Shown: positions 10,059-19,572 of the stretch, in pieces
How the letters are laid out: each line of letters opens with the position of its first letter
Position numbering within the stretch: the first letter of the stretch is position 1
Assembly: GCA_027459625.1 (NCBI GenBank)
Contig: DAIDHP010000005.1
Span: 130,817-194,816, forward strand
Direction of reading: 5' to 3'
Length of the DNA stretch: 64,000 nt
Source: Chthonomonadales bacterium
GTDB lineage: Bacteria; Armatimonadota; Chthonomonadetes; Chthonomonadales; CAJBBX01
The notes under the pieces: generated by a model
Databases searched by the model: none
What the model was told of the DNA's origin: nothing
What the model saw: the letters and a program-made list of their open reading frames with translations, nothing else
Translations under genes and position numbers: made by a program

Positions 10059-11016
10059 GATTTCAAATTCCGAAAGTATTGGTTTATGCTTATGGAAATT
10101 ATGACAGAAACAAGGGGGTTTCGGCATCATCGCTGAGGTGTTGGGGGATATCGAATCGCCCGGAGGGGGGATGGGCTCCCCCTGCCGGACGTCGAACACC
10201 CACTGTGTAAAAAATGCAGGTGGCACTTATAGTATCGGAACAAAGGGCTGCGTTTTGAAGAGGGAAAAGTTTTGATGTCCGATGATTTGCATAATGCGGG
10301 AGGATCCTTTTTGGCATTGTCCGGTATTGTTGATGCGATCCTGCTCACCCTCGCGACCTCCTCATCTTCAACCGTTGTTAACGCGTGTCGTCTAACTCGT
10401 TCTTGTACAATCGCTGTTCATTTAAAAAGTTTACTATTTAATATGTATGAATAATGTTCCTTAAAGATGTAAAGCCGTCAAAACGTACGGATTCCAAGAC
10501 ACGGGAATTATTTTTCAGACTTTTTTTAGACCACCCGTTATGTTTTTGGAATTTGAATCGTTGTATATTATAGGAGTGGAAAAACAGCATCGAACAACCA
10601 TGGATAAAGTTATCTTTCGCTGACGATTCCGTATGGCGTCTCGTTGAAATGCATTCCGGACAGGCGTTAGATCGTTTACAATGAAAACCGGCTGTGTTCG
10701 TACCACTACATCGTTAGCGGTACGAACACATGAAGATAAAACATGTTCTCGAAGAAGGCGGAATGATGTTGCAGTACTGTTTTATTTAGCCTGCAAGCAT
10801 ATTCGGACTTTGTTCCGGAAAACTTATATTCTTTGGAATATTAGACCCTGATTGCCTGAGAAGGTAATTACAATCCTAGTTCTCTCTGATAATCATTTCC
10901 TTAGGGAAAGAATCATGAATGTTGCTTTATGCTGATCATTTCATTGCTATGAGTTTCACATTAGATTGCATATTTTTTAAAATACGTTAGGAAATTGCAA
11001 AAATAATAATACTGTT

Positions 11017-12316
11017 GGCTCTATGGGGAAGTTTGTGGAAACCCCCGGGAATTATCCATAATGATACATTATGAAAGATACCGAACTCTACACACAAATA
11101 TTGGGAATATCTTCTCCCTGGTATGTCGCCAGCATCGAAATGAAAATGGAGGAGGAGTCGATTTTCGTTCATCTGGCGTATGACCCCCTTGTCACCCAAT
11201 GGTCTTGTCCGGAATGCGGTTCACCTTGCAAGACCTACGACACTCGGGAGCGTCGGACGTGGCGTCATCTGGACAGTTGCCAACTTAAAACATTCATAAC
11301 GGCGTCTTCTCCCCGTGTGTCCTGCAAGGATCATGGCGTTCTGACGGTTAGGGTTCCGTGGAGCGAACCGAATTCTCGCTTCACGATTCAATTCGAGCAA
11401 ATGGCCATACTGATGCTTCGGTCCACCCAGGTTCAGAGCAAGGCCGCAACCCTGCTTCGTCTAAGTGCGGGACAGGTGCACGACATCATGCATCGAGCGG
11501 TTTCCCGCGGATTGTCCCGCAGAGACGCTGGGGAGGGGATAACCCACTTGTCCCTGGATGAAAAGAGCTTCAGGAAAGGCCATCGTTATGTGAGCGTTCT
11601 CGGGGATCCGAATGGCAAGCGTGTTCTTGACATTATCGAGAAACGCACTCTGGAGGTTGCCGAAAAACTTCTCGTGGAAAGTTTGACCCCTTCTCAAAGG
11701 TTAAAAGTGAAATCCGTCTCCATGGATATGTGGCCTGCGTACATGCAGGCTGTGAACACAAAGCTCCCCTCCGCTGACATAGTGCATGATCGCTTCCATG
11801 TAATCAAGTATCTCAACCTCGCCGTTGACGACACCAGACGCTCGGAGAGCCGAAGACTCGCCAAAAGCGAGGATGGCACACTGAAAAGATCAAAGTATCT
11901 CTGGCTTCGAGCCCCGGAGAGGATGACCGAGAAGCAATGCAAGGCGTTCGAACGACTAAGGAATCTCGATCTTGACACGGCGAAGGCTTGGGCTTTCAAG
12001 GAGAGTTTCCGACGGTTCTTTCAATGCGCAACAGTGATCGAGGCGCAAACATTCTTTTACGATTGGTATGAAGCCGCCCTGCTGTTGAAAAACGCTCACC
12101 TGTCCAAGGTGGCTCAAATGCTCAACCGGCATATCGAGGGTCTTTTGGCTTATGTCAGGCACAAAGTTACGAACGCGTCAGCCGAGGGGTTGAATTCACT
12201 AATCCAGCAAATAAAGTCCAACGCCAAAGGCTTCAGAAGATTCGATAATTTCAGGGTCGCAGTCTTGTTTTTTCTGGGAAAGCTTGATCTCAGTCCACAA
12301 ACTTCCCCATAGAGCC
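11017..12316 (+). mobile_element. ISL3-family insertion sequence, 1300 bp, apparently intact
   Basis: Perfect 23-bp terminal inverted repeats GGCTCTATGGGGAAGTTTGTGGA (11017-11039) and TCCACAAACTTCCCCATAGAGCC (12294-12316) flank one transposase ORF. No target-site duplication. Confidence 0.95.
11071..12312 (+). CDS. ISL3-family transposase
   Basis: 413 aa with zinc finger CPECG…C, WRHLD, LSLDEKSF, SMDMW, DRFHV and NASAEGLNS. The stop codon lies inside the right IR. Confidence 0.95.
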   Translation: MKDTELYTQILGISSPWYVASIEMKMEEESIFVHLAYDPLVTQWSCPECGSPCKTYDTRERRTWRHLDSCQLKTFITASSPRVSCKDHGVLTVRVPWSEPNSRFTIQFEQMAILMLRSTQVQSKAATLLRLSAGQVHDIMHRAVSRGLSRRDAGEGITHLSLDEKSFRKGHRYVSVLGDPNGKRVLDIIEKRTLEVAEKLLVESLTPSQRLKVKSVSMDMWPAYMQAVNTKLPSADIVHDRFHVIKYLNLAVDDTRRSESRRLAKSEDGTLKRSKYLWLRAPERMTEKQCKAFERLRNLDLDTAKAWAFKESFRRFFQCATVIEAQTFFYDWYEAALLLKNAHLSKVAQMLNRHIEGLLAYVRHKVTNASAEGLNSLIQQIKSNAKGFRRFDNFRVAVLFFLGKLDLSPQTSP

Positions 12317-12343
12317 TTAATTTGAATAACGGAACACCATATC

Positions 12344-12952
12344 GGGACGGGCCTAGGCTACGACGCCTCCGGGAACCTGACATCCCTGAACGGGGAGACG
12401 CTCTCCTGGGTCGCGTGGGGCGAGCTGAGCGGGGTGACGGGGACGCCCTCCGGGAACGTGAGCTATGCGTACGACGCCTTCGGCAGGCGGATGTCCAAAA
12501 CCGTCGGCTCAAGTACGACCTACTACCTGTACGACGGCGACGCCCTGATAGCGGAGGTTGACGCCTCCACCGACCAGGTCACCACCGCCTACACCTGGGG
12601 CGCGGACGGTTTGGTGAGCGACCATGCGGGGACGCAGAGCCGGTTTTACCTCTTCGACGCGCTCGGGAACGCGCGAAGTTTGATGGATTCGAATGGGAAT
12701 CTCCTCGCCACGGCGGCGTACACCGCTTACGGAACGCCTATCGGAACGCCGCTTCCCTCAACCCCCTTCGGGTGGCATGGGGAGGCGGGATGCCGCACGG
12801 ATTCCGAGACCGGGCTGGTCTTCATGGAGGCGCGGTATTACTCTCCCGCGCTGGGGAGGTTCGTCAGCAGGGATCCGATAGGCTTCGACGGCGGGATAAA
12901 CCTGTACGCGTATTGTTACGGGGATCCGATAAATTACATCGATCCCGGTGGT
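12344..12952 (+). repeat. RHS core repeat copy 1 (609 bp)
   Basis: Collinear and highly similar to 14567-15175; the two diverge right after the DPxG codons. Confidence 0.92.
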
Positions 12953-13591
12953 ATGGATGGTAGCCCCTACTTGGTATTTGACGCCCAGGACACACTTATG
13001 GGAGTCAAAATGGGGTTCGCCGCATTAGGATACGCATTCTCCTTCACCTTGTGGAAGCCCGGTGAGGAGTACACGTCCGCTCCTGGATGGGACGCCAGCA
13101 AGTATTGCGCAGGGGTTGGTGCGGGAGCCACCTACGCGGCCGCAGCGCTGGCGGCGCCTGGAATTATTGCGAAGGCATCTCCGTATGTGACGAGATTTCT
13201 GAATCCCGTTACAGCCACCACTCTGTCCACTTTAGCCGCAAAAGATGCCGAGAATCCGGCGGCGGAAGAGGAGACGATTGAGCAGGATGGAACCAATTGC
13301 CTGAATGCGATCGAGGAGGAACTTCAAAATGCTGAAAAGAGAATCACAGTTTCGCGCTGGGGTAGACCGGGATTGCAACCGGGTGACTGGGTGATGAAGG
13401 GAAAGGCGAATTATTGGAATTATGTTAGAAGTGGCAAATGGGATCCCTTCAAATGGAATCAATTCGCTCCGTTTAGTAGTGGTCAAGAATATGAAGTGCC
13501 AGTATCTTCAATAAAATGGCCTACCGGATTGGGAATTGATGGATGGTGGAAAGGGCTTATTTATGGTCAAAGAATCTATAATCCTGATTAA
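12344..13591 (+). CDS. Orphan (5'-truncated) RHS core plus C-terminal toxin 1 of unknown family
   Basis: RHS homology starts at 12344 (GTGLGYDASGNL) and the first usable start is GTG 12434. YD repeats, then GRFVSRDPIG…NLYAYCYGDPINYIDPGG, then a unique extension. Confidence 0.85.
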   Translation, partial: GTGLGYDASGNLTSLNGETLSWVAWGELSGVTGTPSGNVSYAYDAFGRRMSKTVGSSTTYYLYDGDALIAEVDASTDQVTTAYTWGADGLVSDHAGTQSRFYLFDALGNARSLMDSNGNLLATAAYTAYGTPIGTPLPSTPFGWHGEAGCRTDSETGLVFMEARYYSPALGRFVSRDPIGFDGGINLYAYCYGDPINYIDPGGMDGSPYLVFDAQDTLMGVKMGFAALGYAFSFTLWKPGEEYTSAPGWDASKYCAGVGAGATYAAAALAAPGIIAKASPYVTRFLNPVTATTLSTLAAKDAENPAAEEETIEQDGTNCLNAIEEELQNAEKRITVSRWGRPGLQPGDWVMKGKANYWNYVRSGKWDPFKWNQFAPFSSGQEYEVPVSSIKWPTGLGIDGWWKGLIYGQRIYNPD

Positions 13592-13606
13592 ATTATAAGG
13601 TGAGCA

Positions 13607-13888
13607 ATGAAAATTATAGAATATGTTATAGAGATTATATTATTATTATTTTCCATTCATATAATTTCAATAAATCTGATTATATTAATAATATGGCTCA
13701 TACGTAAAAAACCTATATCATCCATGGCGCCTTTCTTTGGCGGAATACTTTGTAGTATAATAATATTAATTCAACCGATTCATATTGTAAAATTTTATTG
13801 GTGGATACCAATAATAATAGATCCATCAAATTATAGCATTGCATATTTTATTTTTTATAACTTATTTCATATGCGTTTATATAAGTAA
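13607..13888 (+). CDS. Putative immunity protein for RHS toxin 1 (small membrane protein)
   Basis: 93 aa, very AT-rich and hydrophobic, 15 nt after the toxin stop, with an AAGGTGAG SD-like motif upstream. Confidence 0.7.
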   Translation: MKIIEYVIEIILLLFSIHIISINLIILIIWLIRKKPISSMAPFFGGILCSIIILIQPIHIVKFYWWIPIIIDPSNYSIAYFIFYNLFHMRLYK

Positions 13889-14029
13889 TACTTTTATCTT
13901 GTATAATTTGACGTATATCGGTTCACAAAATCAAAGAATCTCATAATATTCAAGCGGCTGACGAGCGTCACCACCGTCATCGGCACCTACTCCTACACCG
14001 TTTCGTACACTTATTCCGGGGATGGTCAT

Positions 14030-15817
14030 GTGGCATCCATGACCTCGCCGGTCGGCGTGACCACCTACGGCTACGACGCCGACGGCAGGCTCGTCTCGAT
14101 GACAAACCCCTTCGGCGAGACGACGACCTGGGCCTACGATCACTCGGGAAGGATGACCTCGCAGTCCGTCGCGACATCCGCCGGAGCGACCATCGGCACG
14201 AATTATTCCTACGGTTCGAGCGGGCAGCAAGGAGACACATCCTCCGCGCCGTTCTACCTGAGTGGGGCGAGCGAGACGGTGAACGGCGCTCCGTTCGAGA
14301 GCTACGCTCTCACGCACTCCTACCTGGATCAGGTGACGGGTCAGAGCGAGACAGGTCCCTCCTCCGGGACGGACGCCTACCAGTATGATTCACGGGGACG
14401 CCTCTCATCGGAATCCGAGAATCTCCAGGTGAACGGCCAGCCCGAAACGAACTCGGCGTCCTTCACTTTCGATCTCGCGAACAATCTGGAGGCGGGAGGC
14501 GGCGGATGGGGCTATAATAACAACGATCAGGTGACGACCGCCCCGGGGGTCGCCGGTCTCGCCGGCGGGACGGGACTTGGTTACGACGCCTCCGGGAACC
14601 TGACCTCGCTGAACGGGGAGACGCTCTCATGGGACGCGTGGGGCGAGCTGAGCGGGGTGACGGGGACGCCCTCCGGAAACGTGAGCTATGCGTACGACGC
14701 CTTCGGCAGGCGGATGTCCAAAACCGTCGGCTCGCAGACCACCTATTACCTATACGACGGCGACGCCCTGATAGCGGAGGTGGACGCCTCCAGTGGTCAG
14801 GTAACCAGGTCGTACACTTGGGGCGCGGACGGTCTGGTGAGCGACCATGCGGGGACGCAGAGCCGGTTTTATCTCTTCGACGCGCTCGGGAACGCGCGAA
14901 GTTTGCTGGACCCGAATGGGAGCCTTCTAGCTTCAGCCGCATACACCGCTTACGGGACTCCCATCGGGACGCCGCTTCCGTCCACGCCCTACGGATGGCA
15001 GGGGCAGGTGGGATGCCGCACGGACTCCGAGACCAGGCTGGTCTATATGCAGGCGCGGTATTATGCGCCGGGTCTGGGCAGATTCGTCAGCAGGGATCCG
15101 ATCGGGTTCGCCGGCGGGATAAACCTCTACGCCTACTGCGACGGGGATCCTGTAAATTATTGGGATCCTGATGGTACGACGGAGTTCACAAAGGATTACT
15201 TCAAGGAATTACTCAGGAAAGGTATTGATACATTCCTTGATATAGGACCATGGCAGGATGTCTGGGGCATATTGGAAAGTTTCCATGTTCCTCGTTATGA
15301 CAAGTTGGGTGAGAATAAGCTTCTACCAATAAAAGACGACGAGGATGCGAAGGATGCGGATACCGATTTCATCATAGGCACCATGGGGATGGGATCGTTC
15401 CTATCGATAGATGAGGCGCCGGCAATTGAAGCGGATGATCCTATCGCCGCAGCGGATGCTGCGAATGAGGAGAAATTATGCCCGATTACCGGAGAGCCGG
15501 TTCATGATAATGAAAACGAACGCATTGATCCCCCAACTGATCGTACCCTGTTAAGAAGGAATATGGGCGAACCGCCGGATGAGGGATATCATGCGCATCA
15601 TATGTTGCCATGGAAATTCCGAAAGTTTTTCGCGCAAGCGGGTTTGGATGTGAATGACCCTGAATACGGATTGTGGGTCAAAGCGGAGAGGCACTTGTCA
15701 TTCGGCTATAAATACAATACGGCATGGAGGGTTTTTTTCATAGCTAATAAAAACGCAAGTAAAGCCGATATTCTGAATAAATTGCTGGAACTGAACAAGA
15801 CGGGACTCTATAAATAA
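14030..15817 (+). CDS. Orphan (5'-truncated) RHS core plus C-terminal AHH/DUF2380-like HNH nuclease toxin
   Basis: YD repeats (homology begins about 13947), NLYAYCDGDPVNYWDPDG boundary, and CT motif LRRNMG…HAHHMLP…F…G.DVNDP.YG.W…H…YN..W..F. Confidence 0.85.
   Translation: MASMTSPVGVTTYGYDADGRLVSMTNPFGETTTWAYDHSGRMTSQSVATSAGATIGTNYSYGSSGQQGDTSSAPFYLSGASETVNGAPFESYALTHSYLDQVTGQSETGPSSGTDAYQYDSRGRLSSESENLQVNGQPETNSASFTFDLANNLEAGGGGWGYNNNDQVTTAPGVAGLAGGTGLGYDASGNLTSLNGETLSWDAWGELSGVTGTPSGNVSYAYDAFGRRMSKTVGSQTTYYLYDGDALIAEVDASSGQVTRSYTWGADGLVSDHAGTQSRFYLFDALGNARSLLDPNGSLLASAAYTAYGTPIGTPLPSTPYGWQGQVGCRTDSETRLVYMQARYYAPGLGRFVSRDPIGFAGGINLYAYCDGDPVNYWDPDGTTEFTKDYFKELLRKGIDTFLDIGPWQDVWGILESFHVPRYDKLGENKLLPIKDDEDAKDADTDFIIGTMGMGSFLSIDEAPAIEADDPIAAADAANEEKLCPITGEPVHDNENERIDPPTDRTLLRRNMGEPPDEGYHAHHMLPWKFRKFFAQAGLDVNDPEYGLWVKAERHLSFGYKYNTAWRVFFIANKNASKADILNKLLELNKTGLYK
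14567..15175 (+). repeat. RHS core repeat copy 2 (609 bp)
   Basis: Collinear and highly similar to 12344-12952. Confidence 0.92.
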
Positions 15818-15835
15818 AAAGAGGGAAAAATACAC

Positions 15836-16531
15836 ATGATTTTTTATGATTTCGGTGACAACTCATTTTGCACAAGAGGATATACCTGGGCTTGGTCCTT
15901 GAAGCCTCGTCCTCCGGAACTGCTGTTGCGATGTAAAAAATGCACGGCCGGCATGTCGACATATCCCAAACACCCATTAGGTCTTTCCGTGGAGGGGGGA
16001 GTGAAATACCCTGACATCCTTGGATGCGGAGGATACCCGCTTCTTATCGTATCGCAAAACGTGATCGATGACTGGGAGAAATTCGGGATAACCGGATATG
16101 AGAAGTATGAGGCGAACATAGTGGAGGCGAACGGGAAGCGGATAAGGGATTTGAAGCCACCGCAGTATTATCATATCAATATCACCGGAAGAGCCCAGTA
16201 TGATATGGACGCGATGGGTTTCAGATGCGAAGTTGTGTGCAATTACTGCGGTCACACGAGATTCGTTGATTCAAACAATAACATGGATATTCCGAGTCCC
16301 ACGATAATCAAGGATGGATCGTGGGACGGTTCGGATATATTTGCAGCGGATATAACCCCAAGGAGATCGTTTTGCACGGAAAAAATACTTTTTCTGGCGG
16401 GAATGAATGAAAGAACAAACTGCAGATTCGTTCCCTTGGATGACAAAGATCCTGTGAGCAACAAAGGACTGGATTACAAGGCGATCGCGAAAAGGATGCT
16501 GCGTGAAACGCGAAACCCATTCGAAAAATAA
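15836..16531 (+). CDS. Putative immunity protein with two CxxC motifs (double-CXXCG/Imm43-like)
   Basis: 231 aa, 18 nt after the toxin stop with an AGAGGG SD. Contains CKKC, CNYCG and PDILG…LLIVSQNVID…GITG. Confidence 0.72.
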   Translation: MIFYDFGDNSFCTRGYTWAWSLKPRPPELLLRCKKCTAGMSTYPKHPLGLSVEGGVKYPDILGCGGYPLLIVSQNVIDDWEKFGITGYEKYEANIVEANGKRIRDLKPPQYYHINITGRAQYDMDAMGFRCEVVCNYCGHTRFVDSNNNMDIPSPTIIKDGSWDGSDIFAADITPRRSFCTEKILFLAGMNERTNCRFVPLDDKDPVSNKGLDYKAIAKRMLRETRNPFEK

Positions 16532-16668
16532 TCTCACTCCTCTTTCTCCCCTTCCGCTCGAGGAGTAAGGCGAAAAGGATTTTTTTATCCAACTAAACGG
16601 AGGATGGCGGACTTTACTTGCGCCTTATGTAGTGTATATTTAACTATCTGATGCGTTTGAATGCGCAT

Positions 16669-16937
16669 ACGCCTCCGGGAACCTAACCTCGCTGAACGGG
16701 GAGACGCTCTCATGGGACGCGTGGGGCGAGCTGAGCGGGGTGACGGGGGCGCCCTCCGGAAACGTGAGCTATGCGTACGACGCCTTCGGCAGGCGGATGT
16801 CCAAAACCGTCGGCTCGCAGACCACCTATTACCTGTACGACGGCGACGCCCTGATAGCGGAGGTGGACGCCTCCGGGAACCAGGTCACCAGGTCGTACAC
16901 GTGGGGCGCGGACGGCTTGGTGAGCGACCGCGCGGGA
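16669..16937 (+). pseudogene. Third RHS core fragment, truncated at both ends (repeat copy 3)
   Basis: About 270 bp near-identical to 14586-14854 (ACGCCTCCGGGAACC…GGTGAGCGACC). Breaks off before the core end and carries no toxin. Confidence 0.88.
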
Positions 16938-17110
16938 AGCGCCTTTTCCACCCTTTTCTTGATGCTGGATAATCCCATCAGAATGTCGTTAAATCATGAG
17001 ATTCCATACGCGTCGTGATATATTTTCCGCTTGCATTGACGAATTCGCACGAACGTCGTAGAATATTTATGTTCGCTAACAATCTATTGGGGGTGGAAAA
17101 AAGGCTACCC

Positions 17111-18292
17111 ATGGAAAAGCAAAGCCTATTCTCCCGCGATGTCCACCTAATCTCCTTCTCGGCGTTCTTCGCCGACCTGGGGTATCAGGGCGTCACCACA
17201 CTCTTTCCCCTCGTCATCATACTGCACCTGCGTGCAGCGGTGTATATCTTTATGGATTAATCACAGCCATCAGCTTCGGGGTGGGTTCGTTTTTCGCCTT
17301 CATCGGAGGCAAGACCGGTGACCGCTACGACCGTAAGACCATCGCGATCCTTGGCAACCTTTTCATCCCTTTTATGTCGCTGATCGGTCTCTTCGGGAGC
17401 CTTTGTCTCTGCGGCGGTCTCTATGTTCTCGGCTGGTGAGCGCGTTACTTCCGCACCCTGCGCGAAGGGCGCTCCTCGTTCAGGTCTCCCCCTCGGATAT
17501 GCGCTCCAAGGCGTTCGGGTTCCTTCACGCGCTCGATATAGGCGGCGACGCCTTCTCGGCTCTGTTTGCAATCCTCTTCGTTTTATATTTTCACTAGCCT
17601 ATCGGAAGGTTCATTCTGCTCTCGACGTTTCCGCTTATCATCTCGATCATGTTTCTCGTCTTTATCCAACGCGATAAGCTCTATCCCATTGAACCCCCTG
17701 CGGCAAACGTGTCGGGCGAATCGCAACCATCCGATCTATCCAGACGGAACGCACTGTTACCGCTCTGCTCATCGCCGCCACCTTCTACGGATTCAGCTTC
17801 TATAACGCCGGTTTCCCGGTACTCACGGCGGCGATGTCGCACAACTCGGGCTATGTACTTGGTCTGCTCGCTTATCTCATCTACCTCGGCGTTTCCGCCA
17901 TTATCGGTTACGCTCTCGGCTCCCGCAAGCTTCGACCGATCCTCGCGCTCTGGCTTTTGGGCTACCTTCCCTCCGCAATTGCCTCGCTGTTAATCGGCGT
18001 TAGCGTGGAGATGAATCTCCCCTCCCTCGCGTTTTACCTTTTCGTCGCGGGACTTGGTTTGGGCATGGGGGTGGTGGAGACGTTCGAACCGGTCGCCGTC
18101 TCCGTACTGGTGAAGCCGGAGAACCTCTCCGGAGGGATGGGATGGCTGAGCGTCTCCGGAAGTGTTGGTCATGTCATCTCGAATCTGGTCATGGGGGTGA
18201 TTTTTACCTTCAGACAGTCGTTCGCATACGGTTAGGCCTTTGTCGCCTCGCTTATGGCGACCGCCGGGCTCGCCATGGCGGATGGGGGTTGA
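17111..18292 (+). pseudogene. MFS transporter pseudogene
   Basis: Pieces ISFSAFFADLGYQ, GGKTGDRYDRK (motif A-like), PARRALL, FGFLHALDIGG and ETFEPVAVS…GMGWLSV span several frames. Frameshifts near 17250 and 17456; stops at 17437 (TGA), 17595 (TAG) and 18233 (TAG). Confidence 0.8.
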
Positions 18293-18437
18293 AAGACGAT
18301 GTTAACGAAAAAAAGATATGTAAATGGTGATCATATTACATTTTCTTCGGCAACAATAAATTGAAACCTTCCTGTTCAAAATGATGATTGGTAGAGGTAA
18401 TTGCAAATTTCGGGAAAGACGACTAACAACGCTATTT

Positions 18438-18842
18438 TCAAGCTCGATAAAACACCGAAAATCGAATTTTACAATTACCTGTGGTAGTCAAAGCTTCATT
18501 GATATCCCGCTCTTTCATTAAAATGAAACTTACCGCATCACAAAGGGAGTAATTCTTTTCAGCCCTTTCTTCCAAGAGAATCATCGCCGACGTTTGGATT
18601 TCCTGTGTGATCCACACAACCTCAATATTCTTTTAATTTGTAAGATCCTTCAAATATACCATTGCATCGTGGCGATTTACATTTGGACGGTTCGTGCACA
18701 AAGCAATTAATTCAGCAAGGATATAATTATGTATGAGCATATGTTGTTCTGACTTAAGATGCTTCACCGCCTCTTGATGACTATGATCCCCCTTGTCAAG
18801 GCAACAAAAAAGACCTGATGTATCAAGAAAAAAATCCTTCAT
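18438..18842 (-). pseudogene. VapC/PIN-domain toxin pseudogene
   Basis: FLDTSG…HQEA…YILAE, then in-frame TAA at 18633-18635, then KNYSLCDAVSFILMKERDINEALTT. The final PIN Asp (TTDxHF) is missing. Confidence 0.8.
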
Positions 18843-18846
18843 TAAA

Positions 18847-19074
18847 TCAAATCTCGTTGTAAATTATCCGCGCAAGATCGTCATCGATTTTCTCATTATC
18901 AGCGGAGTTTGGATTCCCACTATCCGCGGAACCGAAATGACGATATAAACGTTGGTGAGGATTCTCAGCGTCCTCCGCAGAGATTGCAATTGGCTTTTGT
19001 GCGACACTGGCCTTGAAACGGGCTATATATTCTTCCGAAGTCCCGCCGAGACGATTTGCCATTCTGTCCGCCAT
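18847..19074 (-). CDS. Putative antitoxin upstream of the PIN pseudogene
   Basis: 75 aa ending 4 nt before the PIN start. Acidic C-terminus (G..DSG.PNSADNEKIDDDLAR) of the kind seen upstream of vapC genes. Confidence 0.55.
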   Translation of the reverse strand: MADRMANRLGGTSEEYIARFKASVAQKPIAISAEDAENPHQRLYRHFGSADSGNPNSADNEKIDDDLARIIYNEI

Positions 19075-19572
19075 CTTTCATAATATATCCTCATAATCCG
19101 AATTCGACCTGTGTAACGAGCATGGGGATGAAACTCTCCGATCCGATGCAAATGGAATCTCTGATTAGCTTTGCGCACCGTTATGAAGCTGACGCATCAA
19201 ACATTCCATTGCCCACTCACGAAGCTCTCTCCCCTCTGCGTGCGCAGTGTGAATGAGATTTTCATACATGATATCATCTAATTCAAGTGTGAGATTTTTG
19301 CACATTTCTCGGCTCCGGCTAAAATCCTGCCAACGTGTCTTATCTCATAAATACGATAACTAAAGATTTATCCTCAAGCTGTATGTGCATTCTCGCGTGC
19401 AATACATGCATGTGATGTACCCTCTTTGATAATGATGGACATATTCCTTTCGTTATGATACAACACTCCTTCAAAAGGTTCCAATTGAACATTATTCCAA
19501 GGGGCATGCCCTACAAATTCCAACTGTTCATTACGCCATTCTTTAAGCAAGTAATTGAATACTTTGCATCTT

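Noticed and set aside
10515-10706. 63-aa minus-strand ORF with a receiver-like start (VFIVNDLTPVRNAF)
   Set aside because: Similarity covers only about 15 residues; no phospho-Asp or Lys motif follows.
10693-10730. 12-bp perfect inverted repeat TGTGTTCGTACC / GGTACGAACACA in the intergenic region
   Set aside because: Single copy, no U-tract, not at a gene end and no associated ORF, so no function can be supported.
8672-11016. SRP RNA (ffs) or tRNA expected near recR
   Set aside because: No CAGG-N-GGAA-N-AGCAG domain IV motif and no cloverleaf with a proper T-loop on either strand.
12344-16937. Repeated sequence considered as a CRISPR array or tandem repeat
   Set aside because: The repeats are 270-609 bp protein-coding RHS core segments, not short repeats with unique spacers. 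No cas genes are present.
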